IMG/VR virus record: IMGVR_UViG_3300045988_129435
Origin: a virus
Direction: 5' to 3' (one strand)
DNA length: 64,000 nt
Below, piece after piece: positions 41,958 to 51,018 of this stretch. The position numbers and the translations under genes were made by a program. The notes beneath the pieces were generated by a model. The model worked only from the letters and a program-made list of their open reading frames with translations. It searched no databases and was not told the DNA's origin. How positions within the stretch are numbered: position 1 is the stretch's first letter; the number at the start of each line of letters is the position of its first letter.

Positions 41958-44183
41958 TCAGACTACGTTAATATTCATTTTCTCTTTCGTAAAGGATAGG
42001 ATGTGCACAATAACATCCACCGTCCATCCGTTGCCTAGCATTCGGTACTGCTGCGTGTCGGAACATTCCCATTTATACCAGGAAGGAATAGTCTGAAGGC
42101 GGGCGCATTCGGTAGGAGTCAGACGACGAATCCCTGCAATTCCCGTGAGAGGCGAATCCTCTTCTACAATCATTCCTACATGAGACGCAATATGCGTATC
42201 TGATTTTTGATCGGTATATAAAATTGTACCGTACTCACTTACTCCGGATTTCCTGTAATCCCCTCTATGAGGACGTATTCCTCTGTCTGTATACGAAACT
42301 CCTTTGACTCTAACATCTTCCACTATCAAATTTTCCTTTCCATCCTTATAGCATCTCGCCAGTAAAGTATTGCTCTTTAAAGTTGGGAATTGCGCTCCAA
42401 ACCCGTTCCTTTTTTCCGTATGTCTTTGTTTGTGATTCATTATGTCCGAAATGGCTTTATTACTCATATAATATTTCTCGTCCACTTCATCTTCAAGGAT
42501 ATCTTTCAACAAAAATCCCTTATCCGCAGGCTGCGGTATGTCAGAATACAAATCATCAAACAAACCATCTCTTTTCGTCCTAATATTCGTCCAATAGATA
42601 CGTCTCCGATTCTGTGCCGATACCAAGGCAGAATTGATATGCACGCCATATATCCCAATTGCGTTACTCAGTACCCGTTCCCACTTCTTCCCCATTTCCA
42701 CGTTTTCCAGCAAGAACAGCACATTCGGATTATATTTACGGATGTCAGTCAGAATACGCATATACTCCCAAAACAGATAAGACTCCCCTTCGAATTGAAA
42801 GCCTTCTTCTTTTAATTCCAGGTAGCGATCCAGAGTGTATATCTCTTCTTTATCCACAGTAGACATCCCGACACGTTTGCCGGCAAAAGAGAATGACTGA
42901 CAATTATGTACAACGAAATTATTTGCAGTATAAGAATTATCTTCCTCGACTTCAAGATTGTAAACCGTTTGCATTTTATATGCAGTAAACGACTTTACGT
43001 TTGACCACATTTTATCACCTATCGTTTTTGCCTTATCGTATCTCCTTTCTTTTTCTGAAAAGGATATTATATATTGCTTGTTCTGACGCACTGTTCTTCC
43101 TAGAAGCTTTTTGTGTTCCGCAGGTGTGTGTTTACCGACATTTATATGACTATTATAAAGTTTAGAAACAACACGCTGAATCGTGATTGCCAACATAGGG
43201 CTTATTGTCGTTATGTGCCATTCATTGCCATCTATACACCCGTCACCATCAAGAAACCCTTTCAGTACGATTGACAACAAATCTTTTGGCAGTCTAACTA
43301 TCGCTTCCCCAAAATGCTTATTTATAGAACCAATACCACAATACTTTTCTACTAGTTCAACTAACCTTTTATTGCTGAACACAATGCGATGGACGCTATC
43401 TCCGTGCTTATAGCAACTATAATTTAACTTGTCTATATTGGAGCAAAACTGTTCTACTTTTGAATTTCCGATACTTAGTATAAGCTGCCATGCTCTGCTT
43501 CCTTTGTGGTATTCGTCATACCTTTTGTCTTTCCTTGTATGTCCGCCTGCGATATATCTGCCTATTACATAGGCTTCGTCTTTAGTGATATTGTACGGAT
43601 TTTCGGATAGGTCATTCTGTATGTTTGAACATATATAATAATCTCCCTTAAGTAACCCAGCGTTCACCCACTCGGCATCTCCCAATATGACACGTGCAGA
43701 CTTTTTCCCATCGTCTTTTCTATAATATTCTTTATATTTCTTCCGGGCGTAAAAAGGATGATTCTTTGTGCAGACAACATCAACAAATCCTTGCGCTTTT
43801 AACGTATAGGTCATGGCTTCCTTATGACCTATAGCTAAAACAGGCATATATCTGTTATTGTGGGTGAGAACCTTGTCACCAACTCTTATATCTTCAATGT
43901 CTTTATACCCAACATCGGTCAACACTTTGACCCCTGCCGCAAAGCAAGGACTGCCCCCTATCAACAGGTCAATTGGTTCTAACTTAGACACATCTACCTG
44001 AGTGACATCTCCGAGCTGGATTGTATCCGGGAAATTGAGCTGCGTCTGCTTGATGGCATGCTTGTCTATCTCAGAAGCGTAATACTTTCCCGGGATAATG
44101 CCAAGCTGCTTCAAAGCAATCTGACCGCAGGACATGCCATCGAATAAACTTAGTACATTCATCTCTGATTTGTTATACTCCAA
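41958..44183 (-). CDS. DNA (cytosine-5)-methyltransferase interrupted by an intein
   Basis: Motif I LSLFDGMSCG. Motif IV is split as GGSP|C...HN|CQSFS. ENV motif LLENVEMG. QNRRRIYW. C-terminal RRLTPTECARLQ and GNGWTV. Confidence 0.9.
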   Translation of the reverse strand: MEYNKSEMNVLSLFDGMSCGQIALKQLGIIPGKYYASEIDKHAIKQTQLNFPDTIQLGDVTQVDVSKLEPIDLLIGGSPCFAAGVKVLTDVGYKDIEDIRVGDKVLTHNNRYMPVLAIGHKEAMTYTLKAQGFVDVVCTKNHPFYARKKYKEYYRKDDGKKSARVILGDAEWVNAGLLKGDYYICSNIQNDLSENPYNITKDEAYVIGRYIAGGHTRKDKRYDEYHKGSRAWQLILSIGNSKVEQFCSNIDKLNYSCYKHGDSVHRIVFSNKRLVELVEKYCGIGSINKHFGEAIVRLPKDLLSIVLKGFLDGDGCIDGNEWHITTISPMLAITIQRVVSKLYNSHINVGKHTPAEHKKLLGRTVRQNKQYIISFSEKERRYDKAKTIGDKMWSNVKSFTAYKMQTVYNLEVEEDNSYTANNFVVHNCQSFSFAGKRVGMSTVDKEEIYTLDRYLELKEEGFQFEGESYLFWEYMRILTDIRKYNPNVLFLLENVEMGKKWERVLSNAIGIYGVHINSALVSAQNRRRIYWTNIRTKRDGLFDDLYSDIPQPADKGFLLKDILEDEVDEKYYMSNKAISDIMNHKQRHTEKRNGFGAQFPTLKSNTLLARCYKDGKENLIVEDVRVKGVSYTDRGIRPHRGDYRKSGVSEYGTILYTDQKSDTHIASHVGMIVEEDSPLTGIAGIRRLTPTECARLQTIPSWYKWECSDTQQYRMLGNGWTVDVIVHILSFTKEKMNINVV
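42903..43946 (-). mobile_element. LAGLIDADG-type intein (348 aa) at the catalytic PCQ motif
   Basis: Begins CFAAGVKVLT (residue 80). Block B is TKNH. Dodecapeptides are VIGRYIAGGHT and LKGFLDGDGC. Ends FVVHN, followed by CQSFS. Confidence 0.85.
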
Positions 44184-44604
44184 TTATCTTATCGTTGATA
44201 CGAAATATGTTGTCACTCACAAAATCGTATATTTTATACATCAGTTCTGGTTCTTGCTTTTCGGGAGAATAAACCATTACCCTTTTACCTGCACCTTTCA
44301 TCCATCCGGCTTCTGTGTTGGCCGAGCGGCCACAAGGAAGAACCATAACGCAGACATCAGCCCACTGCATACCATTAAAATCTGAATCAAAACCTTTCTG
44401 CGCAATTGGGTGATTAAGTGCTTCTTGATATTGTTCAGTTGTCCAGTTCTGCCAATCAGGGTCTATATCAGACCATTGGAAACCACCATTCCCATGTGGG
44501 GGATTCTTAAAATCATAGACCTCATGTCCTAAATCACGGAGAATAGCTACAACGTCCTGTTGAAATACATTTCTCCAACTACTTGCTACATAAATCTTTG
44601 CCAT
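44173..44604 (-). CDS. nucleoside 2-deoxyribosyltransferase-like protein (tentative)
   Basis: 143 aa; the KIYVASSWRN start and overall pattern resemble NDT-like/SLOG-fold phage proteins; weak call. Confidence 0.3.
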   Translation of the reverse strand: MAKIYVASSWRNVFQQDVVAILRDLGHEVYDFKNPPHGNGGFQWSDIDPDWQNWTTEQYQEALNHPIAQKGFDSDFNGMQWADVCVMVLPCGRSANTEAGWMKGAGKRVMVYSPEKQEPELMYKIYDFVSDNIFRINDKIIGV

Positions 44605-44835
44605 ATTATTTTAAATTGTTACTTTTGGATGTCGTTTGCACGGTGCAAGCGACTTAATTTTATTTTTATGAAAAACATAATTTTAAAAGGACTCCTATAG
44701 CTTTACTACCGTGGGGCTATATGGATGTCCAAAATCAATTAGACGGTAGGATGGGAAGCATTTTTCAATCTCGTAAGTGACAGTTATTAGTTAATTGAAT
44801 ACGTGACAGAGTGTGTACCCATCTAAAATAAACAG

Positions 44836-44860
44836 GAGGCGGCTTTGCAACCCGCCTTTT
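44836..44860. terminator. GC hairpin
   Basis: GGCGG-9 nt-CCGCC flanked by A/T runs, 25 nt after the stop of the PAPS-reductase-like gene. Confidence 0.55.
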
Positions 44861-44884
44861 GCTTTTATTCATTACTAAATTGTT

Positions 44885-45691
44885 TTACCTTATTCTATTT
44901 AAAATCTCTTTCTGTATAACCTCTTTCGCATTAAAATGAAAAAGTCCCTTTTTCAAACGTCTAACATCCTGCATCGGCATTTCATTGATGTAGAAGTAAA
45001 AGGATTCATACGGATCACTGAAATTCTTAGCAAGAGCATTGTTAGGTTTATTATTCATATATCGTTCAATGGCGACAATCATTCTTCGGGCATAACCAGG
45101 AAACATCTTAAATTCTGCCTGCATCTGCTTGCAACCGGCAAGGGGACAACCAATACAGCCATGACGGGAAAGATTATAGGGCTTATCGTAATACTTGGAA
45201 TATGGAAGACCATTTTTACGAATGTAGTTCCATACATCGGCTTCTGACCAGTTAAGGATCGGGAGAATATGCTTCGCACCTTTCATCCATCTGCGTGCAT
45301 CACATTGCTCCGGTTCATACGACGCCCTCGATTGGCTTTCTTCTGCCCTCATTCCCTCTATTGTACGCTGACCGATACCGTATTGCTCCTTCAACTTTTC
45401 ACAGCAAAAACGCCTCATTCTGCCGGGTAATCCTTTATTTTCAACCAACTGAAAAAATGATTTCTTTGGGTGAAGTATCTGAACCTGTGAATAGTTCTTC
45501 TTTATGAAACTGATTGTACCAGGTGGATCAACTGTCGTATTTGCGTAAGACGCATTATACTTTATACCAGAACGCTCTGCAAGGTCAAGAATTACAACAC
45601 TATCTTTGCCGCCAGAAAAGCCTAAACACATCGGATCGTCACGTTCCATGCTGCGAAGAAAGTCGATTGCTTGCTGCTCCTTTTTATTCAT
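44885..45691 (-). CDS. PAPS reductase family (PP-loop ATPase) protein
   Basis: LGFSGGKDSVVILDL PP-loop motif; 268 aa; Cys-rich C-terminus. Confidence 0.85.
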   Translation of the reverse strand: MNKKEQQAIDFLRSMERDDPMCLGFSGGKDSVVILDLAERSGIKYNASYANTTVDPPGTISFIKKNYSQVQILHPKKSFFQLVENKGLPGRMRRFCCEKLKEQYGIGQRTIEGMRAEESQSRASYEPEQCDARRWMKGAKHILPILNWSEADVWNYIRKNGLPYSKYYDKPYNLSRHGCIGCPLAGCKQMQAEFKMFPGYARRMIVAIERYMNNKPNNALAKNFSDPYESFYFYINEMPMQDVRRLKKGLFHFNAKEVIQKEILNRIR

Positions 45692-45754
45692 TTCTAAACA
45701 ATTTTGAATTATTACTTTCTAAAAAACATGTCCCCTGAAATTGACCGAGCAGCC

Positions 45755-46144
45755 TTAATTATCAAAGATATGAGCAAACACACTCTTCTCGTCAGACAAC
45801 TCAATATTTAACTGGGACGGGAAACACTTGATGTAATTATAGAATTCGAACATCTTCTTGTCGTCGTCACCGCAGCGATCTATCAGCAGCTTGATAAAGG
45901 CAAGGAGACAGTCTGAGTCGTTTCCAAAATTCTCCTGAGTAGAAAGCTGGGTCTTGTCTACATCTTGCTTCAGCCGGCGTATAGCTGCTATCGCCGTGTT
46001 GAAATTGTGCTTGGCATCATAACGCAGATCATATCCCTGCTTTTTCATTTCACTTCTCATGTCGAGAAGAAGAGTTTCTACGACATCTGCCAACACATAC
46101 GTTAAGTTGAGGGTCGTATTAAGATTTGTTGTTCCTACCAACAT
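45755..46144 (-). CDS. hypothetical protein (129 aa)
   Basis: ORF track. Confidence 0.5.
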   Translation of the reverse strand: MLVGTTNLNTTLNLTYVLADVVETLLLDMRSEMKKQGYDLRYDAKHNFNTAIAAIRRLKQDVDKTQLSTQENFGNDSDCLLAFIKLLIDRCGDDDKKMFEFYNYIKCFPSQLNIELSDEKSVFAHIFDN

Positions 46145-46517
46145 AGTTAATTATACATTTTTCAATTCCACTTATGCGCCATGACTTATGAAATGGCTGC
46201 TTTGCTTTTGTATATAACTTGCACCGTTTACATATTGGTTTCAGGTATCTTCCCTGATAATGAATACCGTTACAAATTACTGGATAACCTTGGATCATCA
46301 TCTGTTCGGTTATTGGTTTTGTGATTTAGTAGGTAGATAACAGGCATAAGAATAGATTGAGTAAGCCTGTTGAGTACCACTTCTTTTTCTGTTAATTTTC
46401 TAATTGTTTTCATTGCTCTTATGTTTTTATATGTTTCTGATTTACAGGCATAAAGTTACTTGTTTTTTAACTTGTAAACAAACGTTACTTTCCTTATTTG
46501 TAGGGCTTTAGATTAAT

Positions 46518-47240
46518 TTAACTTGTTGATAAACAAGAGTTTCCAATACGTCTTGAAGCCCTTTCAATAGCATCCTTATCACCATTTTCTACAAGCTTCT
46601 TTTCTTGCTCAAGATATTCTGCGTATGATATGCTATTATTACCACGCTCCTCTATCTCTTTTTGTCGCTGAATGCGGTATTGCTCACGTTCGTGACGTTC
46701 AATTCCCCTTCGCCTTTCGGATGTATATTCAAGCATAGCACTTGTTATCTTCATAGGATCAATGGCTCCATAAAACCTCCCATATTGTCCAGATTTAAAA
46801 CGGGCTATGAAAAAACATATTTCAGCGGCATTGATATAATAATACTCCGAAAGGAATATTGCAGCCAATTCTTCAAGTTGAGTTTTGGCTATCTTTGTAG
46901 ATACCTCTGCAAAATCATTCAACGTTCCAAATTGAATTTTAAGCCACTCTAGTGGTGTCTCATCCCCATAAGTAGAAGCCAAAAGCCCCAAACTTGGTAT
47001 TTCAAGATTTAAAGCTAAATCTGCGTGTGTAGCATTACATCTGACAATTTTAAATTGTAAATCCGGATTGTAATCAAGAATAAATTGTGCCGGATCAGGG
47101 TATTTGGTCAATAATGCCCTCTGCTTCAAGTTCCTTTCTCTTTTTTGCGGCAGCTTCTCGGACGGTTGTAGAGACTGCAAGAATTGAATCAAGTTTTCGC
47201 TGCTCGCTATCTTGTTGGTTTTTACTAAGCCTTGTTCCAT
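46518..47240 (-). CDS. hypothetical replication-module protein
   Basis: 240 aa; overlaps the upstream gene by 146 nt in another frame, so the true start is uncertain. Confidence 0.4.
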   Translation of the reverse strand: MEQGLVKTNKIASSENLIQFLQSLQPSEKLPQKRERNLKQRALLTKYPDPAQFILDYNPDLQFKIVRCNATHADLALNLEIPSLGLLASTYGDETPLEWLKIQFGTLNDFAEVSTKIAKTQLEELAAIFLSEYYYINAAEICFFIARFKSGQYGRFYGAIDPMKITSAMLEYTSERRRGIERHEREQYRIQRQKEIEERGNNSISYAEYLEQEKKLVENGDKDAIERASRRIGNSCLSTS

Positions 47241-48006
47241 TGTAGTTACCTTCTAAAATTTTAGTAAAATTCGTAGGTCTGAAAATCCAATCAAAATCAC
47301 ATCGCCAGTTTCTATCATTCCTCCCTAAAAGAAATGGAGATTGAAGAATGTTGTTAAATACATCCATAATTGCTTGTTTGTCATATTCTGCTACACGAGC
47401 TTTTATTGATTTCTTCCTTTTGTCAGTCATGGATGACACTTTGGGAAGTTTACCATCAAACATCTTATTGAATGTATCCATTAAAGCATTATAATCAATT
47501 GCTTCATTTCCACTAGACTCTTCGTCATCCCCCGGGGGGATTATAGGGGGAATATCTCTTATTCCTTTTCCTTCTCCTATTATAAGCACTGATTGTTCCA
47601 TGATTGTTCCATGATTATTCAGTGATTGTTCGGTGAGAAAACTATGTATGTCTTTTTGGGCTTTGTCTATCAGCTCTTTAGGTATGTTCAAATCTTCGGT
47701 GTTGGGTCTGTTGATTACTTGATGCCGAGTAAAGTTAGGCAGATATATGAATCTCTCTTCGTTGTAAGAAAGCAGACATATAAATCCATTTATTACAAGC
47801 TCTTTTATCCATTTTTCAAACTGTTGCACCTGAATCTGATCATATGGAAAGACTTTAGATTTAAGCCAAATAGAATCACCTATAACTACTCCTATATCAT
47901 CGGAAAAAGACCATAGTCCAATATATAATAGTCTGGCATCACGACTTAAACGTCCGATCTTTATATCATCCCAGAATTTGGGCTTAATAGAACGTATACG
48001 TGCCAT
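47095..48006 (-). CDS. putative replication-associated protein
   Basis: The N-terminus RSIKPKFWDDIKIGRLSRDARLLYIGLWSFSDDIG is a motif recurrent in phage replication-module proteins; family not firmly recognised. Confidence 0.45.
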   Translation of the reverse strand: MARIRSIKPKFWDDIKIGRLSRDARLLYIGLWSFSDDIGVVIGDSIWLKSKVFPYDQIQVQQFEKWIKELVINGFICLLSYNEERFIYLPNFTRHQVINRPNTEDLNIPKELIDKAQKDIHSFLTEQSLNNHGTIMEQSVLIIGEGKGIRDIPPIIPPGDDEESSGNEAIDYNALMDTFNKMFDGKLPKVSSMTDKRKKSIKARVAEYDKQAIMDVFNNILQSPFLLGRNDRNWRCDFDWIFRPTNFTKILEGNYNGTRLSKNQQDSEQRKLDSILAVSTTVREAAAKKRKELEAEGIIDQIP

Positions 48007-48239
48007 GTTTGTTCGTAAATAATTTGGGTTTAATCATAACTTAATAAAATAAGCTCCATATTTTCATTGTTTCTATATTGTGGAACTCGGGAACAACTAC
48101 TCATACAGAGCTGACTTATATCTTTGCTATACGAGAGCTCCACCAATCGCATTTATTCTTTTCACGGTGTAAATCTACAAATAAGTGATATTACTAATAT
48201 CATTTTTAATCAATTATTTTTCCGTGATTAACATTTTTT

Positions 48240-48584
48240 CTAATATCCTTTCCTTTGTAATGCCAAATCCTGCTTTGCAAAAGATATCTGAGTACGTATG
48301 TTATCTCCAGCGTGAACAAGAGTTCGATTTATGCGATCTAGCCATACAACCAACTGATTAGCAGTCACACTTTGAGCTGAAACAAACTTAATTGCAACAG
48401 TTGCCGGAACTCGTGATATGAATTCCATGTGTTGAGAGTAAACATTTGCCGTTACCTGATCTTGATACGCTTTTGCATCAGCTAGAAGTTTTCCACTTCT
48501 TGCAAGGTATACATTTATATCAGTCAATCGATCTATAAGTTCTTTAGGATTGTCACTAGCTGTTGTTTCAAGAAACGACTGCAT
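48240..48584 (-). CDS. hypothetical protein (114 aa)
   Basis: ORF track. Confidence 0.45.
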   Translation of the reverse strand: MQSFLETTASDNPKELIDRLTDINVYLARSGKLLADAKAYQDQVTANVYSQHMEFISRVPATVAIKFVSAQSVTANQLVVWLDRINRTLVHAGDNIRTQISFAKQDLALQRKGY

Positions 48585-48721
48585 TTCTTCTATTTCCTGT
48601 ATAATAGGAGGCAGAGGACAATTGTCTATGCATATTGGTTTCTTCAGTGCGGTATGGTAAAGTTAAGTCCTCAGACATCTTTATCATTTTTCCACCATAC
48701 TGCCATGCCTTGAAATCAATT

Positions 48722-48949
48722 CTAAACTTTGCTTTGCGTAATATCTTCTGTTTTTATATTAACATTTCCACGATTGACAAATACCATTAATTTATCATTT
48801 GTCAAATGTTCGCAAAGAGGAAAATAAGATAAGGTAGACGTACCAATTTCTTCGCAAAAATCTTTCAACGAACATTTATCGCATTTAAAACTTGCAGTAT
48901 CTGACTGTATGGCTTCATGGAAAACTCCATTTATTAATATTCCATTCAT
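48722..48949 (-). CDS. hypothetical Cys-containing protein (75 aa)
   Basis: ORF track. Confidence 0.4.
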   Translation of the reverse strand: MNGILINGVFHEAIQSDTASFKCDKCSLKDFCEEIGTSTLSYFPLCEHLTNDKLMVFVNRGNVNIKTEDITQSKV

Positions 48950-49155
48950 TACTACTTCATTAAATTGTTTTATATACTATTTTCAACTCTATATTACCTT
49001 GAATAATCAAGGATGATATTGTTATTTTAAATTGCATGATTCACTTAGAACTACTTAAAACCGGTAAAACAGTGACAACCATTTTTCAGATTGTCACTGC
49101 GTCGATTGGCATCAACTTAAAGTGCTAGGACGAATCCCTGACACAACTTTCATAC

Positions 49156-49356
49156 TTAGTTAGCTCCCATTCGGCTACCATAATCAAAGTAGTCGACCTG
49201 ATTACGGGGAGAACGAGAAACCTTTAAGCTATCTAACAGCTTGGATCTCAACTTTTCGTTTTCAGCTTCTAACCGGTAACATTCGGATCTATATTGCGCA
49301 CATTCGGTGAATGAGCTTAACATAGCCATGTACTGTTTTATATCTACCTTAATCAT
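49156..49356 (-). CDS. hypothetical protein (66 aa)
   Basis: ORF track; TAGAGCAATG start context. Confidence 0.4.
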   Translation of the reverse strand: MIKVDIKQYMAMLSSFTECAQYRSECYRLEAENEKLRSKLLDSLKVSRSPRNQVDYFDYGSRMGAN

Positions 49357-49375
49357 TGCTCTATAGTTTATATTA

Positions 49376-49780
49376 TTATCCCATTATACTTCCATTTAGA
49401 CGCTGTGTAGTTCTTATATAGTCATCCAGTAGTTCGTGGAGAATGAAGTCCGGATAAACATTGATTGTACCGAAACGCTCAATATTTACCTTGTTGACAG
49501 GATACCCCCTTTTCCTACATAAGCGTGCAGCATCATTACTAAGCTTCGAAATGTCACTCACATAGATCGGCAATTTGTACCTCTGGATATACGATGACAT
49601 CGTTGAACATCCATAGTTACCGATACACTTTGAAGATAATTTCTTTACGCTATCTTCAAGTGCAGCTAATCTTTGTTCTGTCAATTTAAGCCTTTTCTCC
49701 TGTTCTACATTTGTCTTGGCCAACTGAAGAATCAGCTCGGCTTGACTCATTTCAACGGTTGAGTTCAAAATATTGTCCAT
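49376..49780 (-). CDS. stand-alone paralogue of the Rha C-terminal (ORF6C-like) domain
   Basis: SQAELILQLAKTNVEQEKRLK...RKRGYPVNKVNIERFGTINVYPDFILHELL aligns by eye with residues about 55-165 of the 54071-54589 ORF. Confidence 0.55.
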   Translation of the reverse strand: MDNILNSTVEMSQAELILQLAKTNVEQEKRLKLTEQRLAALEDSVKKLSSKCIGNYGCSTMSSYIQRYKLPIYVSDISKLSNDAARLCRKRGYPVNKVNIERFGTINVYPDFILHELLDDYIRTTQRLNGSIMG

Positions 49781-49807
49781 TACTCTATATATTTAATATT
49801 CAAATAA

Positions 49808-50119
49808 TCAATCACCTACGTAGCGCGAACCGAATCTACCAGTACTATTTACATTGTAATAAGCCGATACCGGTATGTTCTTGTTATTGTATCCTTCGTG
49901 CATTGTAGCTTTAGCTGTTTTGCTCATCGCTTCGTGTCTTTCTGCTAGGTATTTATCAGTTCTTTCTTTTACCGCTTCTACTGTGAAGTTGGCTTGGAGT
50001 TTTGCAAGTCTCCATGCTGACTTTAAACATTCACCGAAGGTCTTGCCTTGCTTCTTGCCTGAATACTTATACGATCTGTGAGCGTTTTTCATTATCTCTG
50101 ATAAATTGTAGCGTTTCAT
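49808..50119 (-). CDS. hypothetical basic protein (103 aa), first leftward gene of the switch
   Basis: ORF track; divergent from the XRE gene. Confidence 0.45.
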   Translation of the reverse strand: MKRYNLSEIMKNAHRSYKYSGKKQGKTFGECLKSAWRLAKLQANFTVEAVKERTDKYLAERHEAMSKTAKATMHEGYNNKNIPVSAYYNVNSTGRFGSRYVGD

Positions 50120-50166
50120 ATATTTAGGAGTTAATTGTTATTAGTTCTTTTATTTGATGTAAAGAT

Positions 50167-50246
50167 ACAAGTTATAACTTGTTTAACCAAGCATTATCAC
50201 AAGAAAAAACTTGTCTTTAACTTTATTTGTGCAAGTTATAACTTGT
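50167..50246. promoter_or_regulatory. three palindromic operators ACAAG-N6-CTTGT at 32-bp spacing
   Basis: 50167-50182 ACAAGTTATAACTTGT; 50199-50214 ACAAGAAAAAACTTGT; 50231-50246 GCAAGTTATAACTTGT. Confidence 0.7.
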
Positions 50247-50273
50247 TGCATGCGAAATATTACTACCTTTGCT

Positions 50274-50281
50274 ATAAATAT
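50274..50281 (+). promoter_or_regulatory. -7 box TACCTTTG
   Basis: Plus-strand TAnnTTTG 15 nt upstream of ATG 50297. Confidence 0.5.
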
Positions 50282-50296
50282 TAATCACTTTATTAT

Positions 50297-50578
50297 ATGA
50301 GAATCAGAGAAGCCATAGAACAACAAGGGATGACTACGCAAGATGTAGCTAAAAAAATAGGTATAACTTTAAGTGGACTTAATCAGCATATATCAGGAAA
50401 TCCTTCCATAAAAGTACTAACCAAAATAGCAGAAGCTATCAACGTCCCCATGTGGCAACTATTCGCGTCCCCAGAAGAAGTGCAGCTTCCCTCAAACGCC
50501 CATTCTGTAAAATGCCCACACTGCGGAAACGAGTTCCCTGTTAGCGTGAATGTTGAACTAAAGCCAGAAACCAGATAG
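50297..50578 (+). CDS. XRE-family HTH repressor with C-terminal zinc-ribbon-like CxxC
   Basis: MTTQDVAKKIGITLSGLNQHISGNPSIKVLTKIAEAINV is an HTH_3 pattern; C-terminal KCPHCGNEF. Confidence 0.85.
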   Translation: MRIREAIEQQGMTTQDVAKKIGITLSGLNQHISGNPSIKVLTKIAEAINVPMWQLFASPEEVQLPSNAHSVKCPHCGNEFPVSVNVELKPETR

Positions 50579-50592
50579 GACAATAGCAAGCT

Positions 50593-51018
50593 ATGGACAC
50601 AAAAGAACTAAGGTTAGGCAACTGTGTTATGCTTTCGAAGGATTACCAGTACGTAGGAGTTGAAATACCTACAGGTACTGTATGCAAAGTACATGCCATT
50701 AGTCTTAATTCCTTGTACCTGGAATGCCATGTAAATGGTGGGACTTTTTACGGTGAAGTTCCTATTTCTATGGTAGAACCTATTTCTCTCACAGAAGGAT
50801 TGCTGTTAAAGTGCGGATTTAATATCGAGTATTATGAATTCCAAATAAAAGAACAACGATTATTGACTATAGAAGATTTCTGGATATTATATAATACTCG
50901 TACTAACTTCTATGGAGTAATGCTCTCTAACAGAGTTTTTAAGCAAATAGAATATCTGAATCAACTTCAGAACATATATTTTGATTTAGCTGGAATAGAA
51001 TTAAAAGTAAATCTATGA
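50593..51018 (+). CDS. hypothetical protein (141 aa) in the immunity operon
   Basis: ORF track; 14 nt after the repressor stop. Confidence 0.5.
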   Translation: MDTKELRLGNCVMLSKDYQYVGVEIPTGTVCKVHAISLNSLYLECHVNGGTFYGEVPISMVEPISLTEGLLLKCGFNIEYYEFQIKEQRLLTIEDFWILYNTRTNFYGVMLSNRVFKQIEYLNQLQNIYFDLAGIELKVNL

